Positions 30,220 to 44,803 of a stretch of 64,000 nucleotides of DNA are shown here, in pieces (the first letter of the stretch is position 1; every line of letters begins with the position of its first letter). The DNA lies in the NCBI GenBank assembly GCA_052279835.1, contig CP181291.1:1088001-1152000 (forward strand), given 5' to 3'. Position numbers and translations under genes: made by a program. The DNA comes from Microcoleus sp. (GTDB lineage Bacteria; Cyanobacteriota; Cyanobacteriia; Cyanobacteriales; Microcoleaceae). A model generated the notes under the pieces. The model saw only the letters and a program-made list of their open reading frames with translations. It searched no databases and was not told where the DNA came from.

Positions 30220-30298
30220 AGTAGGGGCTCTCGCATTCGGGCGGAAAATTCTTGAGTAAAACCGATAAATTATCTGCCCGAATGCGAGAGCCCTTACT
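30220..30298. repeat. REP-like inverted repeat
   Basis: GTAGGGGCTCTCGCATTCGGGC...GCCCGAATGCGAGAGCCCTTAC. Confidence 0.75.
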
Positions 30299-30475
30299 CC
30301 AAAGTTATGCCTTAACCACCTTGGCGGTTGCTATAAGACTGCTGGCGGTGCATCTCAATGAAGTGTCAAGAATCCTCGGCGTTCTGTGGCCGGGATTATA
30401 CAGCGGTTCCTGCTGCAAGAGCGACAAACTTAATGAATCCTTAATATTTAATAAATTGGTTTGTTAATTGCTCCT

Positions 30476-30782
30476 GGGAGCATCCCGATTTGGGAAACAC
30501 GCCTAGAGGGCGAAGCATTCGCGTTGAAAATCTCTGATATATCTATAGAACCCATTTGAGATATTTTAAATCACCCCCGCCCTTGGAGGATGAAGCATTT
30601 GGACATCAAACATCGGGTTTTTCTGAGCGATTGTCGCCCAAATGCTTCATCCCTACACCACCAAAGTTAATCTTTGTTTGATGAGGCTGATGATTAAAAG
30701 ACTTGCAGCCTAAAAGATGTCAAATGGGTTCTATAGGATATGGGCGCGAATGCGAATCCCCTACAAAAATGCGATGCACCCC
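30476..30782. mobile_element. Nested MITE/REP composite
   Basis: Outer GGGAGCATCCCGATTT...AAATGCGATGCACCC; inner MITE TATAGAACCCATTTGA...TCAAATGGGTTCTATA (30544-30735); REP-like hairpins at both levels. Confidence 0.7.
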
Positions 30783-30915
30783 GCTTTTGTACCTCATAAC
30801 AGCAGGAACCGCTTTATCAACCATGCGCTAGCTGTGTCCCGAATTGCTGGGAATACCCGGATTCAAAGCTTCCTCTCACCAATAACTGATAACAAATAAC
30901 CAATAACAACTAACT

Positions 30916-32211
30916 TTAGTTTTTGCCGATGACGGACAATCCTTCGACAATTACAGAGGGTGTATGGCAAGAACCGTTCCACTCGGAGTCCCCTCCTAAT
31001 TCTACTAATTGTTTGAGGACTGTATAGACGTTGCCGGCAACCATTGTGTCTTTGACTCTGCCAATTATTTGACCTTTTTTGACGCGGTAGCCGAGATCGA
31101 TATTAATCGAAAAGTCGCCGGAAATGCCCGCACTACCCCCCAGCATTTGATCGACTACAATTCCGTCGTCTAATTGGGCGATTAAATCAGCGAGTGATCG
31201 CTCTCCTGGTTTAATTAAAACATTGAACAAACTCGGTGTGGGATAACTGCCCAAACCAGGGCGAAATCCGTTGCCGGTGGTGCCACTGCCTAATGTTCGA
31301 CCGGTGGTGCGATCGGTATAAAATAACTGCAATACTCCATTGTGTAGGAATACGATCGATCTAGTGGGAGTGCCTTCGTCATCAAAGGGACAGCTATAGG
31401 GCCCCGTATCCGGCTGTTGGGAGAGTGTGACTAGGGGGGATGTGACTTGTTGGCCCAATCGATCGCTCCAAGGCGAAGCCCCTTCGAGTACCTGTTTGCC
31501 GTTGAGGGCTGCACAGACTGTGCCCCAAAGTAAATCGGCGGCTTTGGCGGTGAACAAAACTGGTACGCGCCCTGTGACTGGTGCCACATTGTCTTTGGCC
31601 CATTCCAATCGTTGCAACACTCGCTGGGTGATGGTGTGGATGTCGATGGTGCTGCGTTCGGTTTCGCCCTCCCAAATATTCAGGAAGTCTTCTCCCCGTA
31701 CTAATTCTGCTGACAAGTAACCGCTGAGGGTGGTGTCGGTGTGGCTGCAATCCAAGCCTCTAGTGTTCACCAAGCGGGTGCTTTCTATTTCGCAGTCAAA
31801 TTCGGCGGTGCAGATGCTTTCTGGGTAGGCTTGGCGAATGGTGGCGATCGCACTTTTGCCCCATTCTACTAGCTGTTGTGCTGCGATCGACTGTCCGAGG
31901 TCGGGATAGACAATTTTGTTACCGCTACCGAGTTCGATGATTTCCGGTTCGTTGAGTTGCGAGAGGGCGATGGCGCGATCGACCAAAATCTGCGGTTCCA
32001 CGGGCCCGTAAGCCACTGCCAAACCAGGCCGCCCATCCCTCCACAGCCGCAGGGCAATGCCTTCTGCTTGGGCTGTTTCTAGCTGTTTCAGGCGGTTTGC
32101 TTCAAAAAATACCGGCCGCGATAAGGATTGCGACTCCAATACCTCAGCAGCTTCGGCACCTGCTTTGGTGGCTAATTCTAGCAGTTGTTCTGCTGATTGG
32201 TGATTGGTCAT
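30916..32211 (-). CDS. TldD/PmbA family protein
   Basis: PFDDEGTP, TTGNGFRPGL, SGDFS, VKDTMVAGNVY. Confidence 0.9.
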   Translation of the reverse strand: MTNHQSAEQLLELATKAGAEAAEVLESQSLSRPVFFEANRLKQLETAQAEGIALRLWRDGRPGLAVAYGPVEPQILVDRAIALSQLNEPEIIELGSGNKIVYPDLGQSIAAQQLVEWGKSAIATIRQAYPESICTAEFDCEIESTRLVNTRGLDCSHTDTTLSGYLSAELVRGEDFLNIWEGETERSTIDIHTITQRVLQRLEWAKDNVAPVTGRVPVLFTAKAADLLWGTVCAALNGKQVLEGASPWSDRLGQQVTSPLVTLSQQPDTGPYSCPFDDEGTPTRSIVFLHNGVLQLFYTDRTTGRTLGSGTTGNGFRPGLGSYPTPSLFNVLIKPGERSLADLIAQLDDGIVVDQMLGGSAGISGDFSINIDLGYRVKKGQIIGRVKDTMVAGNVYTVLKQLVELGGDSEWNGSCHTPSVIVEGLSVIGKN

Positions 32212-32374
32212 TGTTATTGGTAAGTTGAAGGAAGAAGGAAGTTGAACTGTTTATCGATATTTACAAGCAGAAGTTATTGGTTATTGGTTACTGGTGATTG
32301 GTTATTGGTTTTTTGTTATTGGTTCTTTACCTAACACCTAACAAATAACAAATAACAAATAACAACTAACAACC

Positions 32375-33244
32375 CTAAATAGTTAATTCATGCAGCAGCC
32401 AAAATCCGTCGAAAGATTCCGATTCAGGATTAGACTGGATTGCCAAAAAATGTACTTGTTTTGCTTCTTTTTTCGCAGCTTCAAATTTTTTACCTTCTGT
32501 TTGAGTTGCCGAGTCTCTGAGATTAGCTAAAATCCAGCGATCGTTAGCACCCGTATCCAGTATCAACCTAGGAGGGGTAGGAGGGGACCCGGAGTCATAT
32601 TTCATAAAAGCTAACTCCAAACCGGACATCCAACCGGCCAGGGCTGTTGCTCTAGACGAAAATATAATTAGCCCCGGAATCTGGGTTTCTGGGCTCAGCC
32701 CTGTCATGGGTAGCCCAAAAGCTTCGCCAAATCCGATATCCCACTCGGACATTTCATCAAAAGCGGCGATCGGCAAACTCACAAATGCCCATTTTTCGCC
32801 GATTAAAGCGTCCGGCAGTGCCACAGGCGTTTCGGGTACAAATTGCACCGAAGGGTTAACAGTGGCTTGATAACCCTCTTGTGCAGGGTAATACGATCGC
32901 ATCCGTTCTTCTAGCCACAGGCTGAGGGCAAGGGTACGGCGGCTGGCTGCCACCGGTATGTCCAAATCTTCGCAGGCTTTGGTAATCATGTTGGCCATTT
33001 GGCGACGGAAAAAGCGGATTTTTTCGGGAGGTTTGGGTGCAGAGGCGATCGCCTCTTTAATGGCACCAGCCAGCCACAGGGAATTTACCGTTGAACTGGG
33101 GCACCACTGTGAGTAGCGAAACAGAGATTCTGCATTGTCACCCACATTCAGCGGACTTTCGCAAATCAACACTTCCCATTTTTTTTTCTGTCGATCGTCT
33201 AAGATCGGACGACTGTAAAAATCGAGTTCCCAAATAGTAGCCAT
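32375..33244 (-). CDS. Tab2/Atab2 family RNA-binding protein
   Basis: WELDFYSRPILD..KKKWEVLIC, FFRRQM, LAGWMSGLE, FDGFWLL. Confidence 0.9.
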   Translation of the reverse strand: MATIWELDFYSRPILDDRQKKKWEVLICESPLNVGDNAESLFRYSQWCPSSTVNSLWLAGAIKEAIASAPKPPEKIRFFRRQMANMITKACEDLDIPVAASRRTLALSLWLEERMRSYYPAQEGYQATVNPSVQFVPETPVALPDALIGEKWAFVSLPIAAFDEMSEWDIGFGEAFGLPMTGLSPETQIPGLIIFSSRATALAGWMSGLELAFMKYDSGSPPTPPRLILDTGANDRWILANLRDSATQTEGKKFEAAKKEAKQVHFLAIQSNPESESFDGFWLLHELTI

Positions 33245-33520
33245 GCAGCGCCGTTCAAATTAATGCTTTCTAATATTACCGGACATCGGGCAAGTTTCTG
33301 ATTCCGAGCAGTGGCAAATGATTTTAAATCATGGAGCATTTTAAAACAATGCTGAGGCGATGGTTGAGCCGAGTATTCACAGCCCACAGGTTTCTTAGTC
33401 TCTTGCAACCTGAATCTATCAATATGGTAAACTGGTCAAGACTGCCACTGTAAAAAACAACAAATAGAAGATAATTAAAGGTCGATCGCCTTTACTCAAA
33501 AACCAACAAATCGAAATTCC

Positions 33521-34243
33521 ATGACCAAACTCAGCGTCAACATCAACAGAATTGCCCTCCTCAGAAACTCTCGAAACATCGGCATTCCCAGCGTTACTGA
33601 AGCCGCCAAAACCGTAATTGCCGCCGGAGCCCACGGTGTCACAGTTCATCCCCGTCCCGATGAGCGACACATCAAAGCCTCCGATGTTTATGAATTAGCC
33701 AAAATGCTAACCGTAGAATTCAATATCGAAGGTAATCCTTTTCAAGATCCGTTTATGGATATAGTTTGCGATGTCAAACCAGCCCAGTGTACCTTAGTAC
33801 CAGATGCTCCCGATGTACTCACCTCGGATAGCGGTTGGAATATTCCTGAAAATCGCGATCGACTCCTACCAATTATTCAAAAATTAAAAGATAACGGCAT
33901 CAGAGTCAGTCTATTTATGGATGCAGACCCTGCTCTCATGGCCCTGGCAAAAGAAGTGGGCGCAGACCGAGTAGAATTGTACACAGAACCCTATGCAACG
34001 GCCTTTCGCGAAGGGAAAGTAGAATCAGTTTTTGAACAATATGTATTATCAGCTAAGGCTGCTCAAGCTGTCGGTTTAGGTGTGAATGCAGGACATGATT
34101 TAAACTTGCAAAACCTAGCTAAGTTTTGCTCGATTCCCGATATCCTCGAAGTATCGATCGGTCACGCTCTCATGGCAGAAGCATTAGAAATGGGTTTGTC
34201 TAACACTGTACAAGCTTACTTAAAAATTCTCTCAGATTTTTGA
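33521..34243 (+). CDS. pdxJ: Pyridoxine 5'-phosphate synthase
   Basis: LSVNIN..ALLRN, TVHPRPDERHI, VELYT, NAGHDL, EVSIGH. Confidence 0.95.
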   Translation: MTKLSVNINRIALLRNSRNIGIPSVTEAAKTVIAAGAHGVTVHPRPDERHIKASDVYELAKMLTVEFNIEGNPFQDPFMDIVCDVKPAQCTLVPDAPDVLTSDSGWNIPENRDRLLPIIQKLKDNGIRVSLFMDADPALMALAKEVGADRVELYTEPYATAFREGKVESVFEQYVLSAKAAQAVGLGVNAGHDLNLQNLAKFCSIPDILEVSIGHALMAEALEMGLSNTVQAYLKILSDF

Positions 34244-34276
34244 CACTCCCTGCGCTGAAGCAGCAGGGAGTGTCAA
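34240..34276. repeat. Palindrome overlapping the pdxJ stop (terminator or IS200/605-end-derived)
   Basis: TTGACACTCCCTGC-GCTGAAGCA-GCAGGGAGTGTCAA, 14-bp perfect stem. Confidence 0.7.
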
Positions 34277-34535
34277 CTCAAGATTGTTCTAGAAAGGTTA
34301 AATCATTCCGATGCAACGGTCAACTATATGACCGTTGTCACTTCAGGGATAGCATATCCCGTGCGATCGCCCAGGATTTTATGAGCTTGTCTCCGAGAGA
34401 CTAACAGCCACAAAGATTCGACCAGGGACGTAATTTTGCGAGATGACAAAGCGGGCGACTAACCCCAAGTTTGCCTAAAAACAACAAAGCCCCTTTCTAG
34501 AAGAGAGAAAGAGGCATTATGTGTGGTAAATAAAT

Positions 34536-34653
34536 CCCAGGCATCGAGCTATTTTCTCAGGCAGTGACCCGCCAAATATCTTCGCCACCGCAGCGTTTAA
34601 CAACCGAGTTCGGGATGGAATCGGAGTGGTGCCACTGCGTCATAGACACCTAG
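34536..34653 (-). rRNA. rrf: 5S rRNA
   Basis: Reverse complement contains CCATCCCGAACTCGG and the terminal stem CTAGGTGTC...GATGCCTGG; position after 23S. Confidence 0.93.
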
Positions 34654-34717
34654 AAAAACTGTGGGGTGTAAAACCCTGAAGACTGCATAGACACAAAGTA
34701 ATCACCATCTAAAATTG

Positions 34718-37617
<2,900 letters not shown>

Positions 37618-37814
37618 AACATCATTTACTGATGGTCTTTGGTGAGCGATGCTGATTTCTCAGTTTTCTCACCTGTTTGATGATTACTTTGTCTCTATGC
37701 AGTTTTCAAGGTTCTTACTAGAGTCGAGACTCCAGCATTCTGACTAGCTTTCGGCTGGTCTAGGTGCTGATTTCTACTTGATCTGTGTTATTTCTGGGCT
37801 TTGTTGAGTGAGAG

Positions 37815-37887
37815 TGGAGGTAAGCGGACTCGAACCGCTGACTTCCTGCGTGCAAGGCAGGCGCTCTACCAACTGAGCTATACCCCC
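37815..37887 (-). tRNA. tRNA-Ala(TGC)
   Basis: GGGGGTATAGCTCAGTTGGTAGAGCGCCTGCCTTGCACGCAGG...GTTCGAGTCC...CCTCCA. Confidence 0.95.
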
Positions 37888-37974
37888 ACTAAGCTAGTGC
37901 GTCATTTTTCTGTGCCACATTCAGGACTTTTGGTTCCTTGACTGCACACTGAAAATTCTTCACTTGTTTCCAGG

Positions 37975-38048
<74 letters not shown>

Positions 38049-38165
38049 GTTACCTGAACCCTTTAATAGTTTGAAAGCTTTGACTCTATTATCTCGAACG
38101 ACCAGGGATGACTGATTCTAGACCTTGATTGTTTAGGTTCGGTCTGTCTTCAGATGGTCTCCCTA

Positions 38166-39655
<1,490 letters not shown>

Positions 39656-39907
39656 TGTTGAGTTTTTTTCGGCTCGTCAAGTTGTTTTCCGGTTATTTTG
39701 GCGATTAGGCCTGATTTCCTTCTTTTTTACTTGACTTTTTTCTCGTTGTTTGTGATATTAAGTATCAGCTACTGCTTTTACTCTCTATCTTTAATTTTTT
39801 TGACGAGGTTAATAGTGCTTTAAGCTTTCAAACTATTCTTTTTTCTAGGTTCGGTGTTTACCTTTCGGTCGTGGTTCGGTGAACCGCTTTCCTTCCGGCG
39901 CTTTATT

Positions 39908-39936
39908 AATATACTTATTCCGCAAGATGTTGTCAA
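39908..39936 (-). promoter_or_regulatory. rrn operon sigma70 promoter
   Basis: TTGACA-17 bp-TATATT on the minus strand upstream of 16S. Confidence 0.75.
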
Positions 39937-40150
39937 GCGTTTTGTGAAATTATTTTGGAGTTTTTTTTAATCCTATACACCGTATGGTTTTCGGCTCTTA
40001 ATTCCAGCTCCGACATCCTCCGGCTGACTCCTTTTTCCCAGAAGGAGTCTTTTTTTTGCCTCCATGGGTGATTTTGGGCTCTGGAGCTACCACCCATAGC
40101 TAGAATATTTTTACGTTTAGATGATCTATATAGTTTATGTTCGCCCGCTC

Positions 40151-41434
40151 ATGAAAAAAACTACAGCTCGCCCTACTACCTTATTCATTACCTGCGCTTC
40201 ACTGCTGCTGGCTTGCAGTCAGACGGACAAGACGAACACTCCCCAAACCTCTGCCACAGTATCTCCGGCGACTTCGCCATCTGCCAGTGCTTCGCCAGGG
40301 GGTTCGGCTGCGGGAAGTTCCAATAGTGCGGGAAGTTCCAACACTATATATATAGGGATTGGGGTGGCCCAAACTAGCAACGTGGCTTTACTCGGCCAGG
40401 AACAAGTCGCTGGGGCGAAAATTGCCGAGAAGTATTTTAACGACAAGGGCGGTGTGGATGGGACTCCGATTAAGCTGGTGTTCCAAGATACTGGTGGAGA
40501 TGAACAAGGAGCGATCAATGCTTTCAATACTCTGATCAATCAGGATCGGGTGGTGGGTATTGTGGGGCCAAGCCTGTCGCAACAAGCTTTTAGTGCCGAT
40601 CCGATCGCCGATCGCGCCAAAGTTCCCGTACTCGCACCATCCAACACCGCTAAAGGGATTCCCCAGATTGGCGATTATGTCGCCAGAGTCTCCGCGCCTG
40701 TAGCCGTGGTAGCACCTAATGCAGTTAAAGCCGCTCTCAAACAAAATCCCAATATTAAGAAAGTAGCTGTATTTTTTGCTCAGAATGATGCCTTTAGCAA
40801 ATCTGAGACGGAAACTTTCCAGACTACGGTTAAAGATATGGGGCTGGAATTGGCAACAGTCCAAAAATTCTTAACTACGGATACAGATTTCCAATCTCAA
40901 GCCACTAATGCGATCAATGTCAAGCCCGATCTGATTATTATTTCCGGCTTGGCCGCCGATGGAGGCAATTTAATTAAGCAATTGCGGGAGTTAGGTTACA
41001 AAGGGGTTATGATTGGGGGCAACGGTCTCAATACTTCTAATATATTTCCTGTTTGTAAAGCGCTCTGTGACGGGGTTTTGATTGCCCAAGCATATAGCCC
41101 GGAATATTCCAATGTGATTAATAAAGATTTTCGGGATGCTTATCGCGCTCAATTTAAAAAGGAACCCCCTCAGTTTAGCGCTCAAGCTTTTACTGGTGTT
41201 CAAGTTTTTGTCGAGTCATTAAAGGTGATAAATTCTCAGTCTAAGGTTAGCCAACAGCCTTTGCCTCAATTGCGTACAAATTTGAATCAACAGTTGTTGC
41301 TTGGAAAGTACGACACCCCTTTGGGAGAAATTTCTTTTACACCAGAAGGTGAGATTAATCAGAAAGATTTTTATGTAGCAATGATTAAAATGGATGCGGA
41401 TGGAACTAATGGGAAATTTGAGTTTTTGAAGTAA
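40151..41434 (+). CDS. Branched-chain amino acid ABC transporter substrate-binding lipoprotein
   Basis: LLLAC lipobox; GGVDGTPIKLVFQD, VVGIVGPSLS LivJ/LivK-like fold; start at ATG 40151 preferred. Confidence 0.88.
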   Translation: MKKTTARPTTLFITCASLLLACSQTDKTNTPQTSATVSPATSPSASASPGGSAAGSSNSAGSSNTIYIGIGVAQTSNVALLGQEQVAGAKIAEKYFNDKGGVDGTPIKLVFQDTGGDEQGAINAFNTLINQDRVVGIVGPSLSQQAFSADPIADRAKVPVLAPSNTAKGIPQIGDYVARVSAPVAVVAPNAVKAALKQNPNIKKVAVFFAQNDAFSKSETETFQTTVKDMGLELATVQKFLTTDTDFQSQATNAINVKPDLIIISGLAADGGNLIKQLRELGYKGVMIGGNGLNTSNIFPVCKALCDGVLIAQAYSPEYSNVINKDFRDAYRAQFKKEPPQFSAQAFTGVQVFVESLKVINSQSKVSQQPLPQLRTNLNQQLLLGKYDTPLGEISFTPEGEINQKDFYVAMIKMDADGTNGKFEFLK

Positions 41435-41463
41435 AAAAAATAGGTAATTAAGCCATCAAAAAC

Positions 41464-42672
41464 ATGAGTGAGACGGTTTTAGAAAGAATTCAGAAATTTA
41501 ATCACGGGCGCAACCCGGAGCGACTTTTGTTGAAGTACCAGGCAATGAAAACTAATAGTTTTGTATTTTTTCGCGGTACTTGCCATTTATTTTATGAAGA
41601 TTTGGATAAAAGTTCTGTGCTGAATGATACACCACCTGTATGGGTTTGTGGTGATTTGCACTTGGAAAATTTCGGCAGCTACAAGGGTGATAATAGATTG
41701 GTTTATTTTGATATAAACGATTTTGATGAATCCGCTTTGGCTCCGGCTAGTTGGGAAATAACTCGTTTTTTGACTAGCGTTTTAGTTGGTGCGAATACGC
41801 TGGGGGTGAATCAGTCGGAAGCATTGACTTTATGTCGCTGCTTTCTCCAAGCTTACACTGATGCTTTGGCTTTGGGAACTGCTCGAACTGTGGAGAGGGG
41901 GACTGCTGAGGGGATGGTTGCAGATTTATTGGATAGTTTGAAGTTACGCCGGCGGAAAGATTTTTTGGATCGGCGGACGGAGGTGAAAAAGGGTCTTCGT
42001 CGCTTGATTTTTGATAATAAGCGGACGGCGGCTATATCCTCCCAGGAGCGATCGCTCGTTGAATTTTTGATGAAGAATTGGGCTGCTAAACAGCCAAATG
42101 CGGAGTTTTTTAAGTTGTTAGATGTGGGGGTAAGAATTGCTGGTACGGGAAGTTTGGGGGTAAAGCGCTATGTGGTTTTAGTGGAAGGGAAGGGTTCTCC
42201 TGATGGGAATTATTTGTTGGATATTAAACAAGCACTTCCCTCTTCTTTGATACCGTACTTGAAGTTGTCTCAGCCTCAATGGGCTAATGAAGCCGTAAGG
42301 ATTGTGGCTATCCAAAAGCGGATGGAAGCTATGCCACAAGCTTGGGTTTCGGTGGTGGAAATGGCTGGAGAACCGTTTGTGTTGCGGGGGTTGCAACCAA
42401 CTCAAGATCAGGTGAGTTTGGATCAGTGGAATGGGAAGTTGGGGCGGTTGAAAAAGGTGCTAAAAACTATGGGGGAAATTACGGCTTGGAATCAGTTACG
42501 CAGTAGTGGTCGCCAAGGCTCGGCGATCGCAGATGAGTTAATTAATTGGGCTGAAAATGCCGATCGCTGGCATGACCCTCTGTTGGACTATGCTCAAGCA
42601 TATTTTACTAAAGTACAAGCAGATTATCAAGATTTTTGTTCGGAAATTACTCAGATAAAGTCGGCGACTTAA
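41464..42672 (+). CDS. DUF2252 family protein
   Basis: FFRGT, CGDLHLENFG, FDINDFDE, GTGSLG..RY, LDIKQA motifs. Confidence 0.85.
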   Translation: MSETVLERIQKFNHGRNPERLLLKYQAMKTNSFVFFRGTCHLFYEDLDKSSVLNDTPPVWVCGDLHLENFGSYKGDNRLVYFDINDFDESALAPASWEITRFLTSVLVGANTLGVNQSEALTLCRCFLQAYTDALALGTARTVERGTAEGMVADLLDSLKLRRRKDFLDRRTEVKKGLRRLIFDNKRTAAISSQERSLVEFLMKNWAAKQPNAEFFKLLDVGVRIAGTGSLGVKRYVVLVEGKGSPDGNYLLDIKQALPSSLIPYLKLSQPQWANEAVRIVAIQKRMEAMPQAWVSVVEMAGEPFVLRGLQPTQDQVSLDQWNGKLGRLKKVLKTMGEITAWNQLRSSGRQGSAIADELINWAENADRWHDPLLDYAQAYFTKVQADYQDFCSEITQIKSAT

Positions 42673-42682
42673 AAGAGGTAAT

Positions 42683-43633
42683 GTGGATCTCACTCAATTT
42701 ATTCAACAATTTTTGAATGGTTTGTCGATCGGCAGCGTGTATGCTATTTTTGCCCTGGGATACACGCTGGTTTTTTCTATTCTGGGAATTATTAATTTTG
42801 CTCACGGTGCTGTATTTACATTAGGTGCTTATTTTACTTATGCGCTGATGGGAGGTGCTGTCGGTTTTAATGGGTTGTGGGCTAATGCTCGAATTCCGGT
42901 GCAATTGCCTTTTGCTGTGGCGTTAATTTTGGGCAGTGTCATGGCTGGTTTTGTGGGAGTAATTGTGGAACGAGTTGCTTTTTTACCTTTGCGTCGCCGA
43001 CACTCGGATTCTCTGCTGACGGTGGTTTCTAGTTTGGGTGTCGCAGTTGCGATCGCCAATATCATTCAATATCTAGTCGGTGCGGAAATTTACACTTTTC
43101 CTGCTAATACTTACGGCTATTTGCCTGCTGCAATTAACTTCGGTACAGCGGATAAACCGATTCCGATTCGGACTGTGCAAATAGTAATTTTTGCGGTATC
43201 AGTTGTGATTGTGGCTGTGTTGACTTACTTGATAAATTTCACTAAATTTGGGAAAGCAATGCAGGCGGTGGCTGAAGATGCTACTACTTCTAGTTTGTTG
43301 GGGATTGATACCGATCGCTATATTGTGTTGACGTTTTTTGTGAGTAGTTTTCTGGCTGGTTTGGCGGGTAGTTTGGTGGGTTCTAGCGTAAGTATTGCGG
43401 GACCGTATTTTGGGATTACTTTTGGTTTGAAGGGTTTGGCGGTGATTGTGCTTGGGGGCTTGGGGAGTATTCCTGGGGCGGTTTTGGGTGGGTTTATGAT
43501 TGGTTTGGTTGAGGCTTTTGTGCCTGGTGATTTTTCGGCTTATAAGGATGCTGTGGCTTTTGCGATATTGTTTATTATGCTGTTGGTTAGGCCGCAGGGT
43601 TTGTTTGGACGGCGTTTGATTCAAAAGGTGTAA
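42683..43633 (+). CDS. Branched-chain amino acid ABC permease (LivH-like)
   Basis: NGLSIGSVYAIFALGYTLVF.ILGIINFAHG, VLGGLGSIPGA, RPQGLFG. Confidence 0.92.
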   Translation: MDLTQFIQQFLNGLSIGSVYAIFALGYTLVFSILGIINFAHGAVFTLGAYFTYALMGGAVGFNGLWANARIPVQLPFAVALILGSVMAGFVGVIVERVAFLPLRRRHSDSLLTVVSSLGVAVAIANIIQYLVGAEIYTFPANTYGYLPAAINFGTADKPIPIRTVQIVIFAVSVVIVAVLTYLINFTKFGKAMQAVAEDATTSSLLGIDTDRYIVLTFFVSSFLAGLAGSLVGSSVSIAGPYFGITFGLKGLAVIVLGGLGSIPGAVLGGFMIGLVEAFVPGDFSAYKDAVAFAILFIMLLVRPQGLFGRRLIQKV

Positions 43634-43766
43634 GTTTAGTTTGTTATATCAAAATATACGCTGGACAATAGGGAGTAAGATTAAATGAACCGCGAAGACG
43701 CAAAGGACGCGAAGGAAGAGAAAGAAGAAATTTATTTTATTTTTTTGATAAATACAAATTAAAGTT

Positions 43767-44702
43767 ATGGCTACATTTTTTACTACTTATGGGTTTCTGA
43801 TTGTCTCGATGTTGTTGGGTGCAATGTTGGGAATGTCGCTTTATTTGCCTTTAATGACTGGTCAGTTGTCTCTGGCTAGCCCTGGTTTTTATGCGTTGGG
43901 TGGGTATATTGCGGCGATTTTGTCTACGACGGTGTTTAAGCCGACAGGGGGTTTATTTCCTCTGCCATTGCTGTTGGTGGAGATGATAATTGCAGGGTTT
44001 GTTTCGGGGTTGTTGGGGATTTTGGTGGGAATTCCGGCGCTGCGTTTGAGTGGGATTTATTTGGCGATCGCAACTATTGCTTTTGTGGAAATTTTGCGGG
44101 TTTTATCGCTGAATCTGGATATCACTGGCGGGGCTGTGGGCATTTTTGGGATTCCGCAACCGTTTGAGACGCCGATCGAGTATTTGTGGATTGTACTGCC
44201 TTTACTGTTGGTAAGTATGGCGATTGTCTATCGGCTGGAACGGATTCGGGTGGGGCGCGCTTTTGCGGCGATTCGGGCTGATGAGTTGGCGGCGGATGCG
44301 ATCGGGATTAACCCAACTTTTTATAAGGTTTTGGCTTTTACGTTAGGTGCTGTTTTAGCTGGGGTTGTGGGTGCGATTAGTGCTCATTTTCTGAATACTT
44401 GGAACGCGCGTCAAGGTACTTTTGATGCTAGTATTATTTACTTGACTTCTGTGTTGATTGGTGGTAGCAGAACGTTTCTGGGAGCAGTTTTGGGTGGGAT
44501 GGTTTTTACTGCTTTACCGGAGGTTTTGAGGGGGATGGCGACTATTCAGGGATTGCCGGTTTGGTTGGCGCAATTTCTGCGGGATGGGCGGTTAATTATT
44601 TTTGGGGTGCTGATTGTTTTGGGGACGATATTTTTTCCGCAAGGGTTGGTGACGCCGGAGTTGTTGAAGAAGTGGAGGAAGGGCGATCGCACTTCTGTTT
44701 AA
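43767..44702 (+). CDS. Branched-chain amino acid ABC permease (LivM-like)
   Basis: GQLSLA, LRLSGIYLAIATIAF, GRAFAAIRADE, PQGL. Confidence 0.92.
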   Translation: MATFFTTYGFLIVSMLLGAMLGMSLYLPLMTGQLSLASPGFYALGGYIAAILSTTVFKPTGGLFPLPLLLVEMIIAGFVSGLLGILVGIPALRLSGIYLAIATIAFVEILRVLSLNLDITGGAVGIFGIPQPFETPIEYLWIVLPLLLVSMAIVYRLERIRVGRAFAAIRADELAADAIGINPTFYKVLAFTLGAVLAGVVGAISAHFLNTWNARQGTFDASIIYLTSVLIGGSRTFLGAVLGGMVFTALPEVLRGMATIQGLPVWLAQFLRDGRLIIFGVLIVLGTIFFPQGLVTPELLKKWRKGDRTSV

Positions 44703-44803
44703 AATTAGATTATTGGTAGATAAAAGTGCGATCGCTTCTTTAATGAGTACGTAAGTCTTAAAATGGAACATTGTCGAGCGGTTGAAGAGCGTGAGGGCTG
44801 ATT

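Noticed and set aside
26734..30259. Plus-strand Pro/Ser/Val-rich ORFs
   Set aside because: Antisense shadows of the repetitive RTX gene.
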